A stretch of 64,000 nucleotides of DNA from an uncultured Oscillospiraceae bacterium (GTDB taxonomy: Bacteria; Bacillota; Clostridia; Oscillospirales; Ruminococcaceae), in NCBI GenBank assembly GCA_910587335.1, contig CAJUMG010000001.1:88201-152200 (forward strand), in the 5' to 3' direction. Positions 1-7,912 of the stretch are shown piece by piece. Positions within the stretch are counted from its first letter, which is position 1; each line of letters starts with the position of its first letter. The notes beneath the pieces were generated by a model. It did not search any database. It worked only from the letters and a program-made list of their open reading frames with translations, and was not told the origin of the DNA. The position numbers and the translations under genes were made by a program.

Positions 1-243
1 CCGTTAAAATATGCCAATCAGTGCAAAACGCCGACTCTCTTTATCCACAGCGATGAGGACTACCGCTGCTGGCTGGCGGAAGGTATTCAGATGTATTCCG
101 CGTTAAAATATTTTGGAGTAGAAGCTCGCATCTGTATCTTCAAAGGGGAAAATCACGAATTAAGCCGCAGCGGCAAGCCGCTGCACCGCATCCGCCGCTT
201 AAAGGAGATTACCCAATGGTTTGACCAGCATCTGAAAGCATAG
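1..243 (+). CDS. C-terminal fragment of an S9-type serine peptidase / alpha-beta hydrolase (5' end lies outside the window)
   Basis: Frame 1 is open from base 1 to TAG 241-243. Translation ...TLFIHSDEDYRCW...FKGENHELSRSG... resembles the Asp/His end of prolyl-oligopeptidase-family hydrolases. Confidence 0.6.
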   Translation, partial: PLKYANQCKTPTLFIHSDEDYRCWLAEGIQMYSALKYFGVEARICIFKGENHELSRSGKPLHRIRRLKEITQWFDQHLKA

Positions 244-255
244 ATCGCATAAAAA

Positions 256-289
256 GGCCCTGTCTCTAAAAAAGGCAGGGCCTTTTTTT
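256..289 (+). terminator. rho-independent terminator
   Basis: GGCCCTG (256-262) pairs with CAGGGCC (276-282), followed by T7. Confidence 0.8.
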
Positions 290-382
290 CATCCGAAAGA
301 CCCTGTTATTTTTGGTTGCTTGCCGCAATGACCTTTGGGATGCTACAATCGGATCACAGCATGAAAAAGGAGGCTGAACGCT

Positions 383-922
383 ATGCTGCAAGAAAATCTG
401 CGCGCTCTTCGAATAAAGAAGGGGCTGTCGCAGGAGGAGCTTGCCGGTCGGATCCATGTGGTACGCCAAACGGTTTCCAAATGGGAAACGGGACTTTCGG
501 TGCCGGACGCACAGACGCTTATCCAAATCGCCCAGGTGCTGGAAACATCGGTAGCCAGGCTGCTGGACGAAGAACCGCCGGCAAATAATGAAAAGGAAGC
601 GGATAAAATCTCTATCATCGCGGAAAAGCTGGAACAGTTAAATAGCGAAATGGCCCGAAAAAATGCCATACATCGCCGAAAAAAACGGACAGGATACGCT
701 ATAGCAATTGTTCTTTCGTCGGTGTTTTTGATCATTCTTTTCCTTTTCGCGGTGGAATTGCTCACACGTCAGCCGTTAGGGCCCGGCGTCATCGGCGGGG
801 CAGACCGGCCGACGGGGATTTTCCTTTTTTCAGAAGTAGGCTGGCCGGGCATTTGCATCGGCGGGATTCTTTGCATAGCAGTGATCATTCTGGCCGGAAT
901 ATTCCTGCACCGCACAAAATGA
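383..922 (+). CDS. XRE-family HTH regulator with C-terminal transmembrane segments
   Basis: N-terminus LRALRIKKGLSQEELAGRIHVVRQTVSKWETG is a classic Cro/C1 HTH. The C-terminal half has two hydrophobic helices. AAGGAGG RBS lies upstream of the ATG. Confidence 0.8.
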   Translation: MLQENLRALRIKKGLSQEELAGRIHVVRQTVSKWETGLSVPDAQTLIQIAQVLETSVARLLDEEPPANNEKEADKISIIAEKLEQLNSEMARKNAIHRRKKRTGYAIAIVLSSVFLIILFLFAVELLTRQPLGPGVIGGADRPTGIFLFSEVGWPGICIGGILCIAVIILAGIFLHRTK

Positions 923-1025
923 CGAAAATAAAAAAACAGCCCCCGTATGGAGCTGTTTTTTATTCGGGCAAAATCCAACGGAGAAAGATACGTCTATACA
1001 TAAGGAAAGAAGAAAAATTTTTATC

Positions 1026-2189
1026 CTACCGCATCTGTAGCAATTTGTTTTTCAGATCATCCTCGATCCGACGAAGCTCGGATTCCGCCTCCTGCCGCTT
1101 CTGGCGGCCCTCCTGTTGAATGCGCATAACCTCGTCAAGGGTGGAGATCAGCGATTCATTGGTCATTTTCAGCGTCTCGATGTCCACAATTCCCCGCTCC
1201 GATTGCTTGGCAGTTTCGATGGAGGACATCTTGAGTGTTTCGGCATTTTTGCGCAGCAGCTCGTTGGTCATATCGGTAACCGCTTTCTGCGCGTCCGCCG
1301 CCTGCTGAGAATGGGCTACGCCCAGCGCCAGCACCATCTGACTTTTCCACAGAGGAATCGTATTCACCAGGGTGGACTGAATTTTCTCGGTCATCAGCGT
1401 ATCGTTGTTTTGAATCAGACGGATCTGCGGCGCCATCTGAATAGAGATGGTCCGGGTCAATTCCAGATCGTGAAGCTTTTTTTCGAATCGGTTGCACATG
1501 GCTGACAGATCGTTGGCCGCCTGCGCATCCTCCGGCAGACCGCTCTGTCTGGCCTTTTCCTGCGCGGCGGGAAGCTCGGTGGACTCTACCTCTGCCAGCT
1601 TTTTTTTGCCCGCCAGAATATACATGGAAAGCTCTTTGAAATAAACCTTGTTCATTTCATACATTTTGTCCAGCATGGCAATATCTTTCATCAGCTGAAT
1701 CTGATGGTTTTCCAGTACGCTGCAAATGCGGTTGACATTGGCCTCTGCGCTGGAATATTTCGCTTTATAGGTAGAAATTTTGTTGCCAGAGCGTTTGAAA
1801 AAGCTGAACAGCCCTTTCTCCTCTTCCTCCACGTTGAATTTTTTCAGCTCAACCACGACATTGGTCAGCATTTCGCCAACCTCGCTCATATCCTTGGTCC
1901 GGACGTTGTTGAGGGCCGTCTCGGAAAAATCGGCAATTTTTTTCTGCGCGCCGGAACCGTACTGAAGGACCAGATTGGAATTATCCAGCTGAATCTTTTG
2001 CGCAAAGTCATTGACCATCTTCCGCTCTGCTTCTGTCAGGGAGCTTTCGTCAAAAACAGCTGTTTGAGGCTGCTGTGGCTGAGGCGCCAGCGGCTGTTCT
2101 TCGGCCGTCTCCAAATTTAAGGTAAGCGTTGGAACCTCCTGAGTATCCAGGGAAAGCTGCGGGACAGTCTCTGTTTTCTTTTCATCCAT
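1026..2189 (-). CDS. telA: TelA-family toxic anion resistance protein
   Basis: 387-aa ORF. Segment IQLDNSNLVLQYGSGAQKKIADFSE...VRTKDMSEVGEML matches the TelA/YaaN family pattern. GGAGG RBS present. Confidence 0.8.
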   Translation of the reverse strand: MDEKKTETVPQLSLDTQEVPTLTLNLETAEEQPLAPQPQQPQTAVFDESSLTEAERKMVNDFAQKIQLDNSNLVLQYGSGAQKKIADFSETALNNVRTKDMSEVGEMLTNVVVELKKFNVEEEEKGLFSFFKRSGNKISTYKAKYSSAEANVNRICSVLENHQIQLMKDIAMLDKMYEMNKVYFKELSMYILAGKKKLAEVESTELPAAQEKARQSGLPEDAQAANDLSAMCNRFEKKLHDLELTRTISIQMAPQIRLIQNNDTLMTEKIQSTLVNTIPLWKSQMVLALGVAHSQQAADAQKAVTDMTNELLRKNAETLKMSSIETAKQSERGIVDIETLKMTNESLISTLDEVMRIQQEGRQKRQEAESELRRIEDDLKNKLLQMR

Positions 2190-2216
2190 CGGTAATTTCC
2201 TCCTTACTAAGATCCA

Positions 2217-3521
2217 TCATCGGGGCTGCCCATCGAAATCCTTTTGGGTCAATCCCTCCTGCGCGAGCATGGTTTTCAGTACGCTGATATCAGCGGAAAT
2301 ATCAATCGCGTCGTTTTGAAACAGGCTGTCCAAAAGCGAGGCAAACGCATTGTTTACCGTGTCAAGGATATCCAGTATCTCCTTTTTGGCATTCTGAATA
2401 TTCTCTCCCTGCACCGGCTGATTTTCAAATTCCCGGTAGGATGTAACCAGTTTCACCGTGGTAGGCAGATAGTAGCTCATAAATCGGCGAATCTCCGGCA
2501 ATTTCTCCGGATGCTTTTCTACACAGGCAAAGATTTTCCCGGTAACCGTCTCCAGCTGATCCAGCTTTTCCGAAATTTCCTGCCCTGGCAACGCGTCGTT
2601 TGCCTCTCGAATTTTCCGGATCCAACCCCGGCCCTCGGCAATAACAGCGTCAAATCCATCGGGATTCTCCTGAATCTTCGCCTGCTCCAATTCCCGTTTT
2701 TTGCGGTTTGCCTGACCGACCCGATACTGCGCATACGCCTCATCGGTCAAAATCAGGCAGGACTCTTCGTCGTCCAAATGCCCTTGGGGAAATAGGCCGC
2801 TTTTTATCATATTTTTTATATCCCGCAGCACAAACCTAGTGGATTTTTTCACCGCCGAAGCCAATACGCTGACAGCGCAAACCTGCCTGCCGCCAATCGC
2901 CAAATGGTATTGCAGATACCTGCGTTTGCGAAATCTCCCGGTACAGTGGGCCGCGAACCAAAAGCTTGCGGTCATCAGCAGCAAAAAGAGCGCCAGGCTG
3001 GAAACCGTCGAAAAGGCAAAGGCTTGATGGAGAAGCTCCATGAGCGTCTGATAGACCATCTGCAAAGAGAGAATTCCCAATCCAAGCCCTAAGAAAACGC
3101 CGATGGTCGATGCCGCCTTGCTGGGCAGCCGGGCCGTCTTTTTCTTTTTGGGGACAACCGGCCTTTGCCAATTGGTAACATAGCGAGAGGGCACCCGCTG
3201 CACCGGAACCCGCGGCGGCGCAGTACCGGGCGCCTGCTGGGAATTTGGGCGCTGAAAATGCCCCGACCCGTTAAAAAGGTGGGTAATCTGCGTACTAAGC
3301 TGTTCGCAGCCGGAGACGGTCTGTTTCATCACATATTCGGCTGTACCACTTAATGTCTGCTTTAATTTGGAGAAATCACCGGAATGAAGCGCATCTTCTA
3401 TGGTTTCGCTGATCATCTTTTCCCAATCCGGCTCCTGATTGTTTTTCAATGAAACCCCTCCGTATCTCGCAAAGGCCCGAGATCCTTTTATTTTTAGAAG
3501 CGAAGAGTATTCGAAATTCAC
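2217..3521 (-). CDS. xpaC: XpaC-like 5-bromo-4-chloroindolyl phosphate hydrolysis family membrane protein
   Basis: 434 aa with central TM helices and C-terminal ...RRFMSYYLPTTVKLVTSY... typical of the family. The usual partner telA lies immediately downstream. GTG start. Confidence 0.65.
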   Translation of the reverse strand: MNFEYSSLLKIKGSRAFARYGGVSLKNNQEPDWEKMISETIEDALHSGDFSKLKQTLSGTAEYVMKQTVSGCEQLSTQITHLFNGSGHFQRPNSQQAPGTAPPRVPVQRVPSRYVTNWQRPVVPKKKKTARLPSKAASTIGVFLGLGLGILSLQMVYQTLMELLHQAFAFSTVSSLALFLLLMTASFWFAAHCTGRFRKRRYLQYHLAIGGRQVCAVSVLASAVKKSTRFVLRDIKNMIKSGLFPQGHLDDEESCLILTDEAYAQYRVGQANRKKRELEQAKIQENPDGFDAVIAEGRGWIRKIREANDALPGQEISEKLDQLETVTGKIFACVEKHPEKLPEIRRFMSYYLPTTVKLVTSYREFENQPVQGENIQNAKKEILDILDTVNNAFASLLDSLFQNDAIDISADISVLKTMLAQEGLTQKDFDGQPR

Positions 3522-3580
3522 TTATTTTCTCCGCTTACATGCCGAATACGGCGCCATTCACCTATGCGGACTATAATCAT

Positions 3581-3589
3581 ATTATACCA
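3581..3589 (-). promoter_or_regulatory. extended -10 element (TGGTATAAT), candidate promoter of xpaC-telA
   Basis: Minus strand reads TGGTATAAT about 60 nt upstream of the xpaC start. Confidence 0.35.
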
Positions 3590-3651
3590 TTTATTCCCTA
3601 TATTTATAGTACCCGTCCGGCCCTTTTTCAGATAACCTACAAAAAAACCAT

Positions 3652-3697
3652 AAATATGGTATAATAGCCGCTCATAGCTATTATACCATATTTTTTT
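3652..3697. terminator. perfect palindromic hairpin, probable bidirectional terminator downstream of birA
   Basis: ATATGGTATAATAGC (3654-3668) and GCTATTATACCATAT (3677-3691) form a perfect inverted repeat. T7 follows on the plus strand, and ATGG then T7 follows on the minus strand. Confidence 0.6.
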
Positions 3698-3758
3698 CGC
3701 TTGACAATCTGTCTCGCTCGATTCTTTTTCCCGATCTCTTCAAAGGTTCTTCTCATTT

Positions 3759-4526
3759 TTAGACATAGCCATAAAGTCCCCGTACCGACGCTTCTCCTGC
3801 GCGGACCGAAAAGGATTTCCCATCCTTTTCGCAGATCAGGCTGCCGTCCAGCGCCACCGATACCGCCTTCGCCTGTATCGTTTCGCACTCCAAAACGACC
3901 CGGACCTGACGATTTAGGGTAATGCAGCGGTCGCAGTAATCCTGCAGAAAGGGGGCAAAGCCCTCCTTCCGGTATCTGTCCAAAATCGGCTCCAGCGCAC
4001 CGAGCAGCTTTGCCGCCACCGTTAAAACCGGAAGACTCTGTCCCGTAGCGGCCAGCAAAGAGGTGGCGTAAGGCAGGCCGTTCTCCTCAAAAAAAGATGC
4101 CGGCTGACCGAGATTCATCCCCAGCCCGCAAACCGCCAGAACCTGCTCCCCTTGTATTCTGCTTTCACAAAGAATGCCGCAAACCTTTTTTTCACCCAAC
4201 AGCAGATCGTTTGGCCATTTGATCACGGCCGTTTCTCCCAGACTTTGGGCGGCGGCCAACCCGCACAGCAAAGGCAGTAACCCCATGTCGTCAATCTTCA
4301 TAGAATGAAAAAGTACCGAAAGATACAACGCCTGCCCGGCCGGAGCGCCGGACCAATTCTTCCCCGAACGCCCCTTTCCCGCTGTCTGCCGGTCTGCAAT
4401 CACTACGGTGCCATCGGGAAAATCACCGCTTTTCAGATAATCGTTGGTGGAACCGATCTCCTCCAGATGGATAAACTTGCGCCCGCACCATTTTGTGTCC
4501 AAATTCGGAAGTTTTTCCATCCTCAT
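3759..4526 (-). CDS. birA: biotin--[acetyl-CoA-carboxylase] ligase, class I (no N-terminal DNA-binding domain)
   Basis: Motifs TAGKGRSGKNW and KWPNDLL are present. The start at 4526 forms an ATGA overlap with the yfcE stop (an alternative ATG is at 4520). The ORF-track N-terminal extension to 4697 is rejected. Confidence 0.85.
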   Translation of the reverse strand: MRMEKLPNLDTKWCGRKFIHLEEIGSTNDYLKSGDFPDGTVVIADRQTAGKGRSGKNWSGAPAGQALYLSVLFHSMKIDDMGLLPLLCGLAAAQSLGETAVIKWPNDLLLGEKKVCGILCESRIQGEQVLAVCGLGMNLGQPASFFEENGLPYATSLLAATGQSLPVLTVAAKLLGALEPILDRYRKEGFAPFLQDYCDRCITLNRQVRVVLECETIQAKAVSVALDGSLICEKDGKSFSVRAGEASVRGLYGYV

Positions 4527-4996
4527 ACCTCCACAATATTGGTCATGATTCCCTGGCTGGTAATATCCAAAATGCCATAGGATGCTCCTCCCTGCCGGGG
4601 AACCGATAGACTGCCAGGATTCATAATATAAAGGCCGTTGTCGTATTCGGTATGGGCAACATGCGTATGACCATATAGCGCGATATGGGCGTGGCAAATT
4701 CTAGCGGCGCTTTTTAGCTCCGATAAAGACTGTTTCACATAATAAGTATGTCCATGGGTAAGCAAAACACTTTTTCCGCACAGCTTTACCAAATCGCTGG
4801 AGGCTGTATCCGACCCAAAGTCACAATTTCCCGCTACCCATAGATAACGACGGTCCGGGTAAAGATCCTGCACGCTTTCAAATTCCCGTTCTCCGTCCCC
4901 TAAATGAATATAAAGATCCGCATCCGGGTGCCGGTCTACTACACGCAGCACGTTTCGAAAATTCCGGTGACTGTCTGACATCACGATAATCCGCAT
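4523..4996 (-). CDS. YfcE/MJ0936-family metallophosphoesterase
   Basis: MRIIVMSDSHRNF...GDGERE...GNCDF...THGH metallophosphatase motifs. The start is taken at the MRIIVMSD ATG. Confidence 0.85.
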   Translation of the reverse strand: MRIIVMSDSHRNFRNVLRVVDRHPDADLYIHLGDGEREFESVQDLYPDRRYLWVAGNCDFGSDTASSDLVKLCGKSVLLTHGHTYYVKQSLSELKSAARICHAHIALYGHTHVAHTEYDNGLYIMNPGSLSVPRQGGASYGILDITSQGIMTNIVEV

Positions 4997-5134
4997 AAAA
5001 AAGGACCTCCTCTCTCCGGTTTTGGCCGGAAGTCTGTCCAGGCAATAGAATCTTTTGTGGAATCGTGCGCGGACAGGAATAGATAAGTTTACTGTATCAT
5101 AGAAATAGAACAATTGGAATAGGTGGTGAGCAGA

Positions 5135-5377
5135 ATGCATGAATTTTTCATTGAAGGAGAAAGGCTGGAAGAGCTGCTTGCACTTGCAAGCGAAAAAACA
5201 GGAATTCCCAAACAGCAGCTTCAGGAGAAGCTTTCCGGCATCATGCAGGATGGCAAAATTGCTGTAAACGAACAGGTTTATAACCTTCTTTCTGATCCGA
5301 AAAAACTGGAGATGCTGTTAAATTCGGGGATCGTCGGCCGGCTTTTAAAGGAATTTGGAGGTCAGAAAAAGCCATGA
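5135..5377 (+). CDS. small hypothetical protein
   Basis: ORF with AGGTGG RBS (a GTG at 5123 is an alternative start). Its stop overlaps the next start (ATGA). Confidence 0.5.
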   Translation: MHEFFIEGERLEELLALASEKTGIPKQQLQEKLSGIMQDGKIAVNEQVYNLLSDPKKLEMLLNSGIVGRLLKEFGGQKKP

Positions 5378-5760
5378 ATGAGCTTTCCGACCTGTTAAGC
5401 GGACTGCTGGGAAGCGAAAATGGCAAAGAATCCGACGATCTCGGCGGTCTTTTCGATCTTTTGGGCGGACTGATTCAGTCCACTCCAACAGATAAAGGCG
5501 AACCGGACAATGAACGTGTATCCAATACAGGGGATCTTGATCAAATATTAAAAATCGTTTCGAAGTTCCAGGAGGATGACAAAAATATCCGTTTGCTGCG
5601 CGCATTACAGCCTCATCTCACACCGGAACGGGCCGCCCGGGCCGAAGATGTTATTAAACTTATGCGGCTGACAAATCTGCTTCCGCTTTTACAGATCTTC
5701 GGAGAATCGGAGAGAAAAACAGTCCATAGAGAGGAGCGAGACGATGGAGCATTGGAATAA
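5374..5760 (+). CDS. hypothetical protein (acidic, Gly/Leu-rich N-terminus)
   Basis: 128-aa ORF, translationally coupled to both neighbours. No family recognised. Confidence 0.5.
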   Translation: MNELSDLLSGLLGSENGKESDDLGGLFDLLGGLIQSTPTDKGEPDNERVSNTGDLDQILKIVSKFQEDDKNIRLLRALQPHLTPERAARAEDVIKLMRLTNLLPLLQIFGESERKTVHREERDDGALE

Positions 5761-6589
5761 AGGGGGGCTATCTCAGGAGGAATTTGTCCGAATGAGGGAG
5801 GAGGCCATGCGCAGATTACAGGATTTGGCCAAAAGACAGGCGCCCAAGACCGAAAAACCGCCTGTCCCCACGCAGACAGACAAGGCGAAACATTCTTTGC
5901 CAAAACAGGAAACTCTTTCGGTACCACAGGCAACCATCTCCCCAAAAACGGCGGATACATTCGGGCAGGAAAGCGCCAAAAAAGTAGAGAATTCGTCCAC
6001 TGTGCCCTCTACAGAAAAAGAGGAGGATAAAGCGCCTTCTTTGCAGCGAGAACAGCATATGTCTTTTCCAAAGGGTCAGCCGGACTTTGAAAAAAGCCCC
6101 AGCAGCCCCACGCCGGAGCCGGACCAAAATCCGGTGGAAGCGGAACGAGCTTACAATCTTTCCGTCCCTGCTTCCGCCCCTTCTATCGAAACCATGGAAA
6201 AGCCATCTGATGATTTTATGCCTTCGGAAAATTTACTACAAACCATCCAAAACATATCCCAGACAATGGCAAATACAGAAAATCCCTTGGCAGAACCACC
6301 GGCTGTTTTGCCGCCTGATAAAAAAGTAAAAGCGCCGGAACCGGCGCCTTCAGCCCCCGTTTTCGATCCTCCTTCCAAACGGACTTCTTCCATGGAGCCG
6401 CCTTTCATCCCGCCTCATCCTCCTTATCATCCAGATGGCTTCATACCAGGAAAAACCGAGCGAAAGCCGGTTTTCCATCCGGATGCGGTGCGGCCGGAGA
6501 AGGGATATTATCTGCCGCCGCAGCCGCCTCAAAGGCCACCCTACCGGCAGGAAAGACGGCAGAAAGACGGCAATTTTAAAAAAAAATAG
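5744..6589 (+). CDS. proline-rich low-complexity hypothetical protein
   Basis: 281-aa ORF, Pro/Glu/Lys-rich. It ends ...NFKKK* inside an A9 run (see finding). Confidence 0.5.
   Translation: MEHWNKGGLSQEEFVRMREEAMRRLQDLAKRQAPKTEKPPVPTQTDKAKHSLPKQETLSVPQATISPKTADTFGQESAKKVENSSTVPSTEKEEDKAPSLQREQHMSFPKGQPDFEKSPSSPTPEPDQNPVEAERAYNLSVPASAPSIETMEKPSDDFMPSENLLQTIQNISQTMANTENPLAEPPAVLPPDKKVKAPEPAPSAPVFDPPSKRTSSMEPPFIPPHPPYHPDGFIPGKTERKPVFHPDAVRPEKGYYLPPQPPQRPPYRQERRQKDGNFKKK
6578..6586 (+). repeat. A9 homopolymer (A AAA AAA slippery-type run) at the end of the proline-rich ORF
   Basis: Counted directly: caatttt-aaaaaaaaa-tag. Confidence 0.95.
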
Positions 6590-6720
6590 AAGGAGATCGT
6601 TTTCCCAATCGGCGGCCTTTGCAAAAGGATGAACTATTGTTATTAGGCATCCTGGCCGCTTTATATGTAAATCAAGCCGATAAAAAGCTGATGATCGGCA
6701 TTCTTTATCTATTGCTGTAA

Positions 6721-6748
6721 AAAACAGCCGCTATAGCGGCTGTTTTTT
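6721..6748. terminator. bidirectional rho-independent terminator
   Basis: ACAGCCGC-TATA-GCGGCTGT hairpin flanked by A4 and T6. Confidence 0.85.
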
Positions 6749-6808
6749 ACATTATGAGGGACCTTGTGCCGGTACAGAGCCACACGCGATGCAGCAATCT
6801 ATTTCCGA

Positions 6809-7177
6809 TTATCCAACCTGCGTCTGATCCTGTATTCTTTCTTCTTTTCCCACTTCTTCCCGAATGGCAACCTCCTGCGTCAGCGTCCGAATTTTTGCAT
6901 CGAGCTGGGAAAGGCGAATGGAAAGAGAAAAAGACTTTAGAATGAGAATAAAAATGATCGCCAAAAAAATAAAGTTAACAGGGGACAGAATTCCCAAAAT
7001 GCCTGCGGCCCAATTTGCAATACTGGGAAAAATACTCAGAATGACCAAAACAGCGGAAAATCCCAACCAAAAAATCGAATCCTCAATCTGCAGCTGAGAT
7101 TTGCGGATCTTTCTGGCAGTATACCACAAGGTCAACAACGATACGACAATCAATGAAACGCGCAGAAACCCTGACAT
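6809..7177 (-). CDS. DUF2304-type small membrane protein (usual partner of the adjacent GT2)
   Basis: 122 aa with 3-4 TM helices and a C-terminal coiled segment. It lies directly downstream of a GT2 gene, with a 1-nt gap. Confidence 0.7.
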   Translation of the reverse strand: MSGFLRVSLIVVSLLTLWYTARKIRKSQLQIEDSIFWLGFSAVLVILSIFPSIANWAAGILGILSPVNFIFLAIIFILILKSFSLSIRLSQLDAKIRTLTQEVAIREEVGKEERIQDQTQVG

Positions 7178-7178
7178 C

Positions 7179-7871
7179 CTAACCCCTCCTTTTGCGGAAC
7201 CATTGTAGCAGTATGATAGAGGTACACATTCGAATCATGTATTCCACCGACCGGCGCAGATTAAAATAACTTTCGCCTGCGATGCGATCCATCATCTGTA
7301 CCTGGACTTCTTCTACCTTTGCACCGTTGCGGATCAGATACGCAATCGTATCCGGTTCCGGTCCATAATTGAGATTTTGGGCAAATTCATGAATCATAGA
7401 CCGATTCAACAACCGCATTCCAGAAGTAGTGTCTTTGATTGTAATGCCGGTAGTCATTTTTATCGCCAGCTGGATCATCTGATTCCCCATCATCCGAAGG
7501 CTGAGGTGCTTCTTTTGATCCTTAAAGCGGGACCCAATGACGATATCCAGGCCCTTTTCCTCCATCAGCGCCGCCATTTCTCCAATGTAGCTGGGATTAT
7601 GCTGGCCATCTCCATCGAACTGAATCGCCATATCGTAGCCTTGGCGGTCCGCAAAGCGCAGGCCTGCCTGAAAAGCACCCGCCAACCCTAAATTGACCGG
7701 TAAATCCAAAAAATGATATCCCCGATCCCGACAGATCTGGGCGGTTCGATCCTTCGAGCCGTCATTTACCACTAAATAATCATACTGCGGATAATTCTCG
7801 ATCAGGTTATCTACGACTCGCTCGATATTATCTTGCTCATTATAAGCCGGAATGACAATCAAGAGCTTCAA
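7179..7871 (-). CDS. family 2 glycosyltransferase (polyprenyl-phosphate sugar synthase-like, soluble form)
   Basis: LIVIPAYNEQDNI...VNDGSKDRT...QFDGDGQH motifs of GT2. Confidence 0.85.
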   Translation of the reverse strand: MKLLIVIPAYNEQDNIERVVDNLIENYPQYDYLVVNDGSKDRTAQICRDRGYHFLDLPVNLGLAGAFQAGLRFADRQGYDMAIQFDGDGQHNPSYIGEMAALMEEKGLDIVIGSRFKDQKKHLSLRMMGNQMIQLAIKMTTGITIKDTTSGMRLLNRSMIHEFAQNLNYGPEPDTIAYLIRNGAKVEEVQVQMMDRIAGESYFNLRRSVEYMIRMCTSIILLQWFRKRRG

Positions 7872-7912
7872 ATTAAACCCTACTTCCTAAAAATGTTTTT
7901 CCTTTATCCCTT

